Positions 37,780-49,135 are shown, counted from the stretch's first letter. The stretch: 64,000 nucleotides of DNA from Trueperaceae bacterium (GCA_965213705.1 OZ243913.1:3712001-3776000); one strand, 5' to 3'. The notes: generated from the letters alone by a model not told the origin. Numbers and translations are program-made.

Positions 37780-39669
37780 TCACGTCTCGAGCGTGGACAA
37801 GTCGCCGGGGTCTTGCCCCAACTCGCGAGCTTTGAGGAGTCGGCGCATGATTTTGCCGCTCCGGGTTTTGGGCAAACCGTCTACAAAGGTCACCTCCGCA
37901 GGCGTAGCGATAGGTCCGAGTTCGTCCCGGACGTGAGAAATCAAGGTTTTGGAGAGGGCGTCGCCGGACGTAAAACCGTCTCGCAGGACCACGTAGGCCT
38001 TGATGGCCTCGCCCTTGATGTCGTCGGGCACGCCGACGACCGCCGACTCGGCGACCGCCTCGTGCGAGACTAAGGCCGACTCGACATCGGCCGTGCCTAT
38101 TCGGTGACCGGACACGTTCAGCACGTCGTCGGCGCGGCCGAGCACGCTGAAACGACCCGCTTCGTCGCGCACGGCGATGTCCCCGGTAAGGTACAAGCCG
38201 GGCACTTCGGTCCACGCCTCCTCGTAGCGCTCGGGCGCGTTGTAAACCGTGCGGAGCATGTGCGGAAACGGCCGCTTCAGCGCCAGCAGCCCACCCGTAT
38301 TGGGCGGCAGCGATTGCCCGGCAGCGTCCACCACGTCGGCCTCGACCCCCGGCAAGGGTCGGCCCACGAAACCCGGCTTGTGCTCTTGCACAGCCAGCGT
38401 GCCCAGCGTCGGCCCACCGAGTTCGGTCTGCCACCAGTTGTCCATGACGTAGCCGTGCTCGCCCATGAGGTGCCGCTGCGCCCAGCGAAACGCCTCGGGG
38501 TTCAGCGGCTCGCCCGCGCAGGCGAGGATGCGCAACGTGGAGAGGTCGTAACGCGCCGGATACGCCTCACCCAAACGCATCCACATCCGCACCGCGGTCG
38601 GCGCGGTGAACATGGCGGTGACGCCGTACTTTTCGACGATGTCCCAGGTGATGCCCCCGTGCGGCGTGTCGGGGGCGCCCTCTCTAAAAATCGTCGTCAC
38701 GCCGCCGACCAGTGGCGCGTAGGTGATGTAACTGTGTCCGACCACCCAACCGATGTCGCTCATACAGTAAAACACGTCGTCCGGCCCGAGGTCGAAAAAG
38801 GTTTGCAGGTGATAGGCCGTGCCGACCATGTAGCCGCCGTGAACGTGGACGACGCCCTTGGGCGTGCCGGTCGTGCCGGAGGTGTAGAGGATATAGAGGG
38901 GATGTTCGGCCTCGACACTCTCCGCCGGGCAGTCGGCGGGGTGCTCGAGCAAGTCATCGAAATCGACCTCATGTTCCGCGAGGTCTTTTTTGGGCCGTTG
39001 CCGCTGAAACACGACGACTTGGGGTGAGGGCTCCAAACCCGCCACCGCCTTGTCGGTGATGGTTTTCAAATCGACCGTCTTACCACGTCGATACCCCACG
39101 TCCCCGGTGATGACGACCTTGGCCCCAGCGTCTTCAATGCGTGAACGCAGCGCGCCCGCCGCGAAACCCGCATAGACCACGCTGTGAACCGCCCCGATGC
39201 GCGCGCAGGCCAGCATCGAGGCGACGCCCTCAATAGTCAAAGGCATGTAGATGACGACGCGGTCACCCTTCGCCACACCGAGCGCCTTGAGCCCGTTGGC
39301 GAGTCGGCAGACCAGCGCCAGCAGCAGCCCGTAAGTGACGGTGCGTTCGAGGCCGTCTTCACCGAGCCACAGCAACGCGACCTTGTTTTTGTTCCCATTT
39401 TCAACGTGCCGGTCGAGCGCGTTCAGGGTGATGTTCGTCTCGCCGCCCTCGAACCAGCGGTGGTTGACGCCGTCGAAGCTGCGTACCTCACGCCACGGAG
39501 TAGTCCACCAAAAGGTCGCGGCGACCTCCGCCCAAAAAGCCTCATTGTCCTCTACGGAACGTTTGTAAACCGCGTCGTAGTCTTGCAGCCTAGCCGCGCG
39601 CCGCACCGCCCCGGGCGGCGTGAACAGCTCTTGCTCGCTCAGCAACGCTTCGATGGACTCAGTCGGCAA
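37780..39669 (-). CDS. Acetate/propionate--CoA ligase (Acs/PrpE family paralogue)
   Basis: [29 protein letters not shown]. Confidence 0.88.
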   Translation of the reverse strand: MPTESIEALLSEQELFTPPGAVRRAARLQDYDAVYKRSVEDNEAFWAEVAATFWWTTPWREVRSFDGVNHRWFEGGETNITLNALDRHVENGNKNKVALLWLGEDGLERTVTYGLLLALVCRLANGLKALGVAKGDRVVIYMPLTIEGVASMLACARIGAVHSVVYAGFAAGALRSRIEDAGAKVVITGDVGYRRGKTVDLKTITDKAVAGLEPSPQVVVFQRQRPKKDLAEHEVDFDDLLEHPADCPAESVEAEHPLYILYTSGTTGTPKGVVHVHGGYMVGTAYHLQTFFDLGPDDVFYCMSDIGWVVGHSYITYAPLVGGVTTIFREGAPDTPHGGITWDIVEKYGVTAMFTAPTAVRMWMRLGEAYPARYDLSTLRILACAGEPLNPEAFRWAQRHLMGEHGYVMDNWWQTELGGPTLGTLAVQEHKPGFVGRPLPGVEADVVDAAGQSLPPNTGGLLALKRPFPHMLRTVYNAPERYEEAWTEVPGLYLTGDIAVRDEAGRFSVLGRADDVLNVSGHRIGTADVESALVSHEAVAESAVVGVPDDIKGEAIKAYVVLRDGFTSGDALSKTLISHVRDELGPIATPAEVTFVDGLPKTRSGKIMRRLLKARELGQDPGDLSTLET

Positions 39670-39878
39670 AAGCGGCTCCTAAGTATGGCCTGGTGTTACA
39701 AAAAAGCGTGCCCGTCGGTGATTTTGTGTTGCGACATCCTACCTGTAAACGTAAAGCCGCGTCAAGCGTGACTGTAGCCGCGTACAGTTGAAGACAAAAG
39801 GCAGCGTGGGCTATGCTCGGCGTAACACGAAACCCTAGTTTCACGGCCATACCGTGACCCAAGCCAAGGAGGAAACCC

Positions 39879-41912
<2,034 letters not shown>

Positions 41913-41921
41913 GGCGACATC

Positions 41922-41964
41922 AACGCAAGAGGGCGAACCATGCAGTTCGCCCTCTTGCGTTTTT
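41922..41964. terminator. Intrinsic terminator between convergent genes
   Basis: aacgcaagagggcgaac-catgca-gttcgccctcttgcgtt-ttt. Confidence 0.85.
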
Positions 41965-41988
41965 GGACAACTAAACAACTTGCTCTCT

Positions 41989-42975
41989 TTAACGCTTTTG
42001 AATCCGGCTGTCCGAAAGTCCAAAAAAGTTGGTGGGGTCGAAGCTTACAGGTGGCTCGGGCGGGGGAAACTGAGTAAGGTCGACAAAGTACCAGTTCAGG
42101 TCCGCGGGGGGCACAGCTGTGAAAACTGTGCCCACAGCTTGGTTAAAGGTGGGGTCGATACCTGTCACTGTGAAGACAACCGTGTTCCAACCTGCTTTAA
42201 GCTCGAGGTTATATTTGCCTCCAGACAAACAGTTTTCTCCAGATTGATACGAAGTGTTTTCAGCAACGTAAAGCCAGACAACAGCCACATCACCCATCTC
42301 CCCTGGACCTGCCAGTGCCCGTTGCGCCGCTGCCTGTGAAGAGGCAAGAACAATTCCCTTAGTTATTTCCGGCTGGTCCCCTATAAATAAAGCAGGGCTG
42401 AAAGCTCCTTCGACCCCCGCGTCGCCAGTACCACACAGCAGGATCGAGGACAGGCTAGCGACCGTTGCGTTGTATGTAAAAGTGAACTCACCCTGCGCCG
42501 AGATGGTGCCATTTCCTAAGGAAGTAAAGTTGAATAGGTCGTAGAAGTTCCTAGCAACAAGCTGAGCCTGCCCAGCACCGTAATCAACCACCTCACCCGT
42601 AAACGACCGCACCGCCTCGCCGTGGTAAGACACCGACACCCCGGCCTCGGCCTGAACTGTTTGCGCCGAGTTTTGCGCGCTACCCTTGGCGGCGACGGCG
42701 TAGCGGTAAACCACGTCGGCTTCCAAAGCCGTGTCCCGGTAGCTCGTCACGTTCGGGCCAACTTCGGCTACTTGAACAAAGTCGCCCTCACCCTCAGCCC
42801 GGAAGACGACGAAGCCCTGCTCATTGTCGCTCTCATCTTGCCAATTTATGTTGATAGCACTGAGTTCCGGCGTCGCCGTAACGTCGCTCGGCGCGGTTAA
42901 GGAAACGGTACCGGGGCAGGCGGTCAGGAAAACCACCAACGCCAACCCCGTTACAGCAGCTTGTACTCTCCTCAT
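41989..42975 (-). CDS. Lipoprotein with a fibronectin type III domain
   Basis: Lipobox LTAC; APSDVTA..INWQD.SDNEQGF.VFR...YRY.V.A; C-terminal LELKAGWN. Confidence 0.75.
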   Translation of the reverse strand: MRRVQAAVTGLALVVFLTACPGTVSLTAPSDVTATPELSAININWQDESDNEQGFVVFRAEGEGDFVQVAEVGPNVTSYRDTALEADVVYRYAVAAKGSAQNSAQTVQAEAGVSVSYHGEAVRSFTGEVVDYGAGQAQLVARNFYDLFNFTSLGNGTISAQGEFTFTYNATVASLSSILLCGTGDAGVEGAFSPALFIGDQPEITKGIVLASSQAAAQRALAGPGEMGDVAVVWLYVAENTSYQSGENCLSGGKYNLELKAGWNTVVFTVTGIDPTFNQAVGTVFTAVPPADLNWYFVDLTQFPPPEPPVSFDPTNFFGLSDSRIQKR

Positions 42976-43083
42976 GTGAACTCCTCTCCGTATTCGGTCC
43001 AGCAACTCCCCAATTGTTTGAACCAGCGCAAGTTTACCAAAAGCTTGCACAGAGGGGCTTCATCAAAGGGGCTCGAGCCGTTC

Positions 43084-43389
43084 TCAACTCGCCCCCCGGC
43101 GACCCACGAAATAGCCCAAAAGCCCCGTAAACAGCGCAGGCAATACCTGCGCGGCCAGCTCACGCGCTTCCGGCGTGGCGCTCGGCAGGCTGATACTGAT
43201 GAGGCTGAAGACCAACAGCAGCGTTAGGGTGAACAGGGCACCTATAAAGGTGACCCGCTCACGCCACAGCGCGTGGCGGCGGCGCTCGGCGTCGTCTTCG
43301 AGCCGCGCCGAAGTCTCGACCTCGCTCTCGGGCGGAACCAGCTCGAAGGTGCCCTTCAGGCGGCTGCCCGCGTCGAGGTTTTGAGGCAC
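43084..43389 (-). CDS. Small two-TM hypothetical protein
   Basis: Charged N-terminus then two hydrophobic segments ending GLLGYFVG. Confidence 0.6.
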   Translation of the reverse strand: MPQNLDAGSRLKGTFELVPPESEVETSARLEDDAERRRHALWRERVTFIGALFTLTLLLVFSLISISLPSATPEARELAAQVLPALFTGLLGYFVGRRGAS

Positions 43390-43391
43390 CT

Positions 43392-43515
43392 GTACGGATT
43401 CCGATAATGCACTAAATAAACCTGGAAGAAATTTTTCCGTTCCTTATCGGAATCCGTACTTTTTTCGTCTCGCTACGCTCGGGTTAATTCCTTGGAGAAT
43501 CAACCAGAAAAGTTA
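43392..43515. mobile_element. MITE-like, Deinococcus-type small repeat
   Basis: 15-bp inverted repeat gtacggattccgata...tatcggaatccgtac, followed by ttttttcgtctcgctacgctcggg; resembles the TACGGATTCCG repeats of Deinococcus (from memory). Confidence 0.6.
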
Positions 43516-43749
43516 TTAGTAGTTGACGATTTCCCGCTCTAACCTCGAGCGGTCTTTGGCGAGGCCCAGGTGATAACCTTCCCCCTTGCCCTCCACCGCG
43601 ATGTCGTAAATGCCTAAGCTGCGCCGCATCACCTCACTTTTGCTGGTGTGGGCGCTGGTGGCTAACTGCTCGAGCTTCTCGTACATCTCCGGGGACAAGC
43701 TCAGGGTGAGGCGAATAGTGTCCTTGGGTTGACCGTTGCTGTTCGACAT
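43516..43749 (-). CDS. Ribbon-helix-helix (CopG-like) DNA-binding protein
   Basis: IRLTLSLSPEMYEKLEQLA...SKSEVMRRSL; AGGAGG RBS. Confidence 0.8.
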   Translation of the reverse strand: MSNSNGQPKDTIRLTLSLSPEMYEKLEQLATSAHTSKSEVMRRSLGIYDIAVEGKGEGYHLGLAKDRSRLEREIVNY

Positions 43750-43885
43750 AGTTTCAGTTTCCTCCTGAGCGTCAGTGTAACACAGGTGATGCATCGATGA
43801 TGCAGCAAAGCAGCATGGAAGTCGAGAGAAGTTGAGTGGAGGCTTTCTTACCTATACCCACTCAAGCTATGTTTGCCTGCAAAAG

Positions 43886-44058
43886 TCATTTCGGGCTTCG
43901 CGGCTCGAGCCCCCGTAACCTCTCCGCCACAAACTCCACTTCCGCCCGCACGGTTTCCCGGTCGAAAGCAAATTTGCGCCCGCCGCTGCGAACAACTCCG
44001 CCGTCGAGCGCGTCGAACCGAGGGTGAGGGCGTCACGATAACAACGCAGGGCCGCCGC
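43886..44058 (-). pseudogene. Remnant of an M3 oligoendopeptidase 3' end, frameshifted
   Basis: AALRCYRDALTLGSTRSTAELFAAAGA / FAFDRETVRAEVEFVAERL read across a single-base frameshift near 43970. Confidence 0.55.
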
Positions 44059-44211
44059 TCTGTTTTGAAGCGAGCCGCGCCGAACCTGAACAGTGTCTAA
44101 AAAACCATCACGTACTGAAGATAATCAGGCCTTCAGTTCCAACAAGCTTGGCAAAGCATCACTTTCAGTCATCAGTTGATGTAAACTTAATCCATCTTAG
44201 CGAGGTGACCC

Positions 44212-44421
44212 ATGCGTACAACCGTGAACTTAAATGAGGACTTGCTCGGCGAGGCGCAACGGCTGACGGGCATTCAGGAGCGTAACGCCTTGATTCACGC
44301 CGGACTCAAAGTGCTCATCGAACGTGAAAGCGCTAGGCGGCTGGCACGTTTGGGTGGAAGCGAACCGCAGCTCGAGCCCGTCCCCCGACGCCGAACCGAA
44401 CCCGACACCGATGCCCCATAA
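44212..44421 (+). CDS. vapB: VapB-family antitoxin
   Basis: MRTTVNLNEDLL...LIERESARRLARLGGSEP; palindrome CATCAGTTGATG at 44170-44181 upstream. Confidence 0.88.
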   Translation: MRTTVNLNEDLLGEAQRLTGIQERNALIHAGLKVLIERESARRLARLGGSEPQLEPVPRRRTEPDTDAP

Positions 44422-44430
44422 TTACCCAGC

Positions 44431-44793
44431 ATGGTTCTGGTAGACACGTGCGTCTGGATAGACCACCTGCGGCGGGGTGAAGGCGAGTTGGAGACGGCGC
44501 TCGAACTCGAGCAGGTGCTGATGCACCCCTACGTTATCGGCGAACTCGCCTGCGGCAACCTCAGAAATCGGGAGGAGGTTCTTGCCCTTCTTCAAAAGCT
44601 GCCCAGGGCAAATGTTGCTTCCGAAGCCGAGGTGTTGCGTTTTATAGGGCGGCGCAACCTGATGGGCCGGGGCATCGGCTACCTGGATGTTCACCTGCTT
44701 GCATCAGCAGCGCTCACGGAAGCTCAACTCTGGACTCGAGACCGTCGCCTTGCCGCTGCCGCTGGCGAGTTGAACTTAAATCGAGACCTGTAG
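44431..44793 (+). CDS. vapC: VapC PIN-domain toxin
   Basis: VLVDTCVWIDH, GELACG, GIGYLDVHLLASA, WTRD. Confidence 0.9.
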   Translation: MVLVDTCVWIDHLRRGEGELETALELEQVLMHPYVIGELACGNLRNREEVLALLQKLPRANVASEAEVLRFIGRRNLMGRGIGYLDVHLLASAALTEAQLWTRDRRLAAAAGELNLNRDL

Positions 44794-44816
44794 CGTCCAA
44801 AAAGTATCGACTCAGT

Positions 44817-45590
44817 TCAATACTGTCCCAACAACCCCCGGTTCATCGCCCGCCGCTCGGCGAGCTTGTACAGCAAAATCCCAAGCGCGAAGTAAACAAC
44901 CGTGTTGGCGACGAGCAGCGCCCAAGCTGTAGCCGAAAATCCTGCCAGCGTCACGCCTTCGGTCATCGCCGCGCGAATCATGCTTGCGCCGCGCACGACG
45001 GGGAGAGCTTCCAACCACGGCGACAGCGCCACCGGCATCGCCACGAGCGCAAAGAAAATAAACTGCGCGATTTGCAAAAACGCTTGAATCTGCTTGAACA
45101 CCAGCGCCAAACCCGCGACCATAAAACCCACGCCGAGCATACAGACAACCGTGAGGAACAGCAACGGCGCGAGCGTGAGCAAGTCGAAATCGAGCCAAAC
45201 GCCTGCCGTGAGCATGTTGAGGACGAGGACGATGATGATGACGGCGAATTCTACAACCACCCTCCCGACCATGCGCGAGAGCAAAATCTTCCAGGTGCCT
45301 ATTGGCGACATGTAAAGCTGCTCCAAGGTGCCCCGCGTCGCCTCGTTGGTAATCTCCCAGCCGATGCCCTGCATCGCTATGAGCGCCAAGACCCACAGCA
45401 CTATGCTGACGATGAGGTACTCCGAGCTTCCGCCTGTCGTCTCCACCCCGCCGATAACGCGGATGCCGAGGAAAAATAGCAGAAAAATCGCGTAAAAGGT
45501 GATAATTTCACTAATCGTGTTGGGCAAGTAGCGCAGCATTTCGATGCCGACTTTGCGGACGTTGGCCGACAGTACGTTAAGAGACAACAC
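44817..45590 (-). CDS. ABC-2 type permease
   Basis: EATRGTLEQLYMSP, 6 TM. Confidence 0.85.
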   Translation of the reverse strand: MLSLNVLSANVRKVGIEMLRYLPNTISEIITFYAIFLLFFLGIRVIGGVETTGGSSEYLIVSIVLWVLALIAMQGIGWEITNEATRGTLEQLYMSPIGTWKILLSRMVGRVVVEFAVIIIVLVLNMLTAGVWLDFDLLTLAPLLFLTVVCMLGVGFMVAGLALVFKQIQAFLQIAQFIFFALVAMPVALSPWLEALPVVRGASMIRAAMTEGVTLAGFSATAWALLVANTVVYFALGILLYKLAERRAMNRGLLGQY

Positions 45591-46563
45591 GGTTCACCTC
45601 TTGACCATTCATTTCTTCACCGTTCACGATACGCCGGAACACCTGCTCGAAATTGATGGTCGTGCGGTCGATTGACTCGACCGGCGTGCGCGCCTCTTTT
45701 AAGATGTCCATGAGTGTGTATATGTCTTCGTCGTGCTCGAGCGTCACCTTCAGCAGCGGCTTGCCACCTCTGTCCTCCACGGTCACCGCCGGGAACACCT
45801 CCAACTTTTTTGCCTGCGCACCCGTCAGCGCCGCACCGAGGCTCACCTCGTAGGCCCGCGTCTCGAACAGCTTGAGGAGGTTGCCCACCCGGTCGTCTAC
45901 CACAACGCGGCCCGCGTTGATAATCACGGTGCGTTCGCACAGGTCTTGGACAACCGGCATGTCGTGGGTGCTGACGATGATGGTGCGGCCCTCGCGGGCG
46001 ACCTCGCGCAGCAGCTCGCGCACCTCGTAGCCCGTCTCGACGTCCAGCCCGAGGGTGGGCTCGTCGAGCAGGACCAGTTCGGTCCCAGCGAGCATTGCCA
46101 CGGCGATGGCGAGCTTTTGCTGCATCCCGCGCGATAAGTTGTTGACGAGTTCGCCCGCCTTGTCAGCGAGCCGGAACTGGGTTAGAAGTTTGTCGATTTC
46201 AGCCTTGACGCTGCGCCTCGAGCGCCCACGGTTCCCCGCGAAGTAGTCCAGGTTTTCGCGCACGCTCAAGCGCCAATAAAGGTTGCGGTTCCCCTCCAAC
46301 ACCGCGCTGATGTGCCGTAACGCGGCGAGGCGCTGCCGCGTGTTGTCGATGCCGAGAATCTTAACCGTGCCGGCGTCCGGCCGGATGAGGCCGCACATCA
46401 TCTTGATGGTCGTCGTCTTCCCCGCCCCGTTCGGCCCGAGGAGGCCCAAAATTTCGCCGCGCTCGACCCGGAACGACACGCCGTCCACCGCCTTGACGAT
46501 TTCTTTGGACTTGCGCTTTTTGTACGACTTCGCCACCTTGTCGACCTCGACCAGCGTTTCCAC
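45577..46563 (-). CDS. ABC transporter ATP-binding protein
   Basis: GPNGAGKTT, LSRGMQQK, LLDEPTLGLD. Confidence 0.9.
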   Translation of the reverse strand: METLVEVDKVAKSYKKRKSKEIVKAVDGVSFRVERGEILGLLGPNGAGKTTTIKMMCGLIRPDAGTVKILGIDNTRQRLAALRHISAVLEGNRNLYWRLSVRENLDYFAGNRGRSRRSVKAEIDKLLTQFRLADKAGELVNNLSRGMQQKLAIAVAMLAGTELVLLDEPTLGLDVETGYEVRELLREVAREGRTIIVSTHDMPVVQDLCERTVIINAGRVVVDDRVGNLLKLFETRAYEVSLGAALTGAQAKKLEVFPAVTVEDRGGKPLLKVTLEHDEDIYTLMDILKEARTPVESIDRTTINFEQVFRRIVNGEEMNGQEVNRVVS

Positions 46564-46623
46564 CCGTCACCGCCTTAAAGTTTCCGAGGGCTTGTGTTCA
46601 CGAGTTTCAACTTGCTCCCGTCA

Positions 46624-46809
46624 TTAGACCCGCCGGGCCGAAAGTTCGCCTCCTGCTTTTGGCGTAGCCTCGCGCTCGAGTCCGGCCGCCAGCGTCCGCA
46701 AACTCGCGGCGACCCGAGCGCGCCACGATGTTTTCGGCAAGCTGCGGTACACCTCGGCTTCGCGGTAGTAGCGGCTCAGTTTTTCGTGGGCGGTTTGTTT
46801 GTCGGTCAT
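46624..46809 (-). CDS. 61-aa small helical protein (REAE family, see findings)
   Basis: AAGGAG RBS; YYREAEVYR...WRARVAASLRTLAAGLE resembles ORFs 51638-51829 and 51816-52001. Confidence 0.7.
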   Translation of the reverse strand: MTDKQTAHEKLSRYYREAEVYRSLPKTSWRARVAASLRTLAAGLEREATPKAGGELSARRV

Positions 46810-46842
46810 GTCGTTCTCCTTTGCATTCACAATGCGGGTTCT

Positions 46843-46875
46843 CTGCTTCAAATAAAAGAGGGGTTTTTGAAGCAG
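46843..46875. promoter_or_regulatory. Inverted repeat in the divergent promoter region, candidate operator
   Basis: CTGCTTCAAA-N13-TTTGAAGCAG. Confidence 0.55.
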
Positions 46876-46894
46876 CGGTCGTTTACACTCAGAC

Positions 46895-47554
46895 ATGGAA
46901 AAAGTTCTGACGGTGACCAGCAGCGAAGCGGCGGGCTTGTTGACGGATACCTCTCAGTTGCGACTGCTCGAGCCCTTTTTCAAACGCGAGGCCACCCTGA
47001 GCGAGGTTGCCGCCGAACTGGGTGTCAAACTCAATACGCTGCTTTACCGGGTGAACAGGTTCGTCGAGTTGGGTTTGCTTACCGTCGTGCGCGAAGAGCC
47101 ACGTCGGGGCAAGGCTGTCAAGGTTTACCGGGCCAGCGCCGAGGACTTTTTCGTCCCCTTCGAGGTGATGGCAAGCTCGAGCCTAGAGCAACTTTTATTG
47201 GGTATGTTGGGTGACGTGGAAAAGGTGTTTCACCGCGAAGCGGCCAAGGTTTTTCAAGAAACTTTTCAGACGCAGGGTGTTCACATCATCCTCACGCACG
47301 ACCAGCTTTCGGTCGTGCTCGGTGACTACGAGGGAGGCGAGTCGTTTGCCGAGACTTTTTTCGGTCCCGGCTCACCGGCCCTGTTTATCGGGGACGGCAA
47401 CCTCAACCTCGACTTCGAAACGGCCAAGGCCTTTCAAAAAGACATGTTCGACCTCTTCCAACGCTACCGCACCCGCCAAACGCCCAACGCGCAGCTTTAC
47501 GCTTACCGGCTCGGGTTGACGCCGGTGAGTGACGAGTCGCCTGTAAAGGTGTAA
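46895..47554 (+). CDS. Winged-helix (ArsR-like) transcriptional regulator
   Basis: LRLLEPF..EATLSEVAAELGV..NTLLYRV.R..ELGLL...RRGKAVKVYR. Confidence 0.8.
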   Translation: MEKVLTVTSSEAAGLLTDTSQLRLLEPFFKREATLSEVAAELGVKLNTLLYRVNRFVELGLLTVVREEPRRGKAVKVYRASAEDFFVPFEVMASSSLEQLLLGMLGDVEKVFHREAAKVFQETFQTQGVHIILTHDQLSVVLGDYEGGESFAETFFGPGSPALFIGDGNLNLDFETAKAFQKDMFDLFQRYRTRQTPNAQLYAYRLGLTPVSDESPVKV

Positions 47555-47612
47555 GGAAGGCTCGAGCCTCAACCCCCGAGCGCCTCGTACTCAAGCCAAA
47601 AGATTCGGTGAA

Positions 47613-47948
47613 TTAGGGATTCGTGCGAAGCAACTTGATGACGGCTTCCACGACGTCGTTTGTCACCACAGGCTTCAAACTACCCACCTGCGCTGCGATG
47701 AGCTGTTCGTTGGCTGTAAAAAGCTTGCCTGGGCGAGCGTAGCTGGTGCGCTGCAAGCTTCCTCGGCTGAAACTCTTATCCGTCAGGACGACGGCTTCGG
47801 GGTCGGCGTAGGGATTGCTGGTGATTTGGCACAACAGGTAGTCTCCGCGTCCGGCATCCGCCAACACCGCGGCGGGCCGCAGTTTTGAACGGGAAAGGTC
47901 GGAGAACGGAAAGAGGACGAGGACTACGCCTCTTGCAAGTGCTGCCAC
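47613..47948 (-). CDS. MazF/PemK family toxin
   Basis: RGVVLVLFPFSDLSRSKLRPA, CQITS. Confidence 0.88.
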   Translation of the reverse strand: MAALARGVVLVLFPFSDLSRSKLRPAAVLADAGRGDYLLCQITSNPYADPEAVVLTDKSFSRGSLQRTSYARPGKLFTANEQLIAAQVGSLKPVVTNDVVEAVIKLLRTNP

Positions 47949-48136
47949 GCCTCGTCTTCCTCGGGACGGTTCCAGTCGGACAGAGCCGCCTCGCTGAGCA
48001 AGGCTGTTTCACCGGCCGCCTCGAGCACAGTATCAACGACAACCACAACCCGGTGTTTGCCCGGCGGCAGCTTGTCGGGCAACTTCACAACCAGCTCGCC
48101 GTCTTCGGAAATCGTGCCGATGGTGTAGGTGGTCAC
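47924..48136 (-). CDS. Cognate antitoxin
   Basis: C-terminal LLSEAALSDWNRPEEDEAWQHL; overlaps the toxin start. Confidence 0.8.
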   Translation of the reverse strand: MTTYTIGTISEDGELVVKLPDKLPPGKHRVVVVVDTVLEAAGETALLSEAALSDWNRPEEDEAWQHLQEA

Positions 48137-48197
48137 GAGTTGAGTTTAGCACGCGGGGGTTTGGGGGCTCGAGCCTTTCTGAGTGCGAATACCACCT

Positions 48198-48644
48198 TCA
48201 AATCAACTTCGCCGCCTTCAAGTCGGACGGGTGCAGGGCAGGCAACCCGAGGGCTCGAGTCACCCGCAAAAGGTCTTTATCTTGAGTAATCAAACAGTCC
48301 GCTCCGCTTGTGTAGAGCAAATCCAGCAAGTACCAGTCCTTACGGTCCGGCAAACTGGGCCAGTCGAAAAAGGCCACGGGTGCAGTGTACTCGCCGAGTT
48401 GAAGCAAGTCGACGGCTATCTCGAAGGCCAGAGCAGGTGTCAGGCCCAAGGCGATGATTTTCGGGTAGGTGAGCACAATTTTGAGTTCGCTCAGCATTTC
48501 CTGGCTCAGCACGTAACGGAGTTCGGCGTGGCGGAAGCGCTCGTGCAACTGCCTCAAAATACTCCCCTGTTTGCCCGCCGCACCGTTTAAGATGACGTTC
48601 ACGTCCGCCACCACGCGGGGTAGGGACGACAGGTGAAGCGTCAC
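48198..48644 (-). CDS. PIN-domain putative toxin
   Basis: RVVADVNVI, LSEL, D.KD..LLD, LITQDKDLL. Confidence 0.85.
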   Translation of the reverse strand: MTLHLSSLPRVVADVNVILNGAAGKQGSILRQLHERFRHAELRYVLSQEMLSELKIVLTYPKIIALGLTPALAFEIAVDLLQLGEYTAPVAFFDWPSLPDRKDWYLLDLLYTSGADCLITQDKDLLRVTRALGLPALHPSDLKAAKLI

Positions 48645-49021
48645 TTTGCAAAGCGACGGGCGATGTCTTCGGGAGACAGGGTTTTGCCACTCAACGCCGG
48701 TTCAGCTTTTTGGTCTTTTGCCCAAACGACCGCTTCGTTTATAAGGGCTTCACGCACCCCATCATCCAAGGGAGCGAACAACGCACCCAAGGCCTCGAGC
48801 CCCGCAGCAATGCCGAACACGGCTCGGGCGTTCTCGGCACCCAGCCAAGCTGCCAAATCCCTTGCCAAAATCCGGTACTGCTTGCGCGCGCCGCCACCCA
48901 ATTCGATAGCGCTCAACTCCCCCGCCGCAATCTTGCGCCGGACGGTTTCAGGAGAAACCCGCAACGCTTCTGCTACCTCGCTGACCGAATAGACAACGGT
49001 GGACAACGCTCGGCTGGTCAT
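48641..49021 (-). CDS. Excisionase-type HTH protein, probable antitoxin
   Basis: YSVSEVAEALRVSPETVRRKIAAGELSA; GTGA overlap with the PIN gene. Confidence 0.8.
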   Translation of the reverse strand: MTSRALSTVVYSVSEVAEALRVSPETVRRKIAAGELSAIELGGGARKQYRILARDLAAWLGAENARAVFGIAAGLEALGALFAPLDDGVREALINEAVVWAKDQKAEPALSGKTLSPEDIARRFAK

Positions 49022-49078
49022 AAACACTGACCTCCCTAACCTATTATGCCATATTAAGCACACAAACGCTCAAAAACA

Positions 49079-49106
49079 ATGCGGCGGGAGACGTCTCCCG
49101 CCGCAT
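49079..49106. terminator. Perfect palindrome downstream of the molybdoenzyme gene
   Basis: atgcggcgggagac gtctcccgccgcat. Confidence 0.65.
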
Positions 49107-49135
49107 CTCTAAACACTAAATTCTGACGACTGCCT

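Noticed and set aside
48641..49021. Prophage or ICE excisionase
   Set aside because: No integrase or phage genes nearby; coupling to a PIN gene favours an antitoxin role
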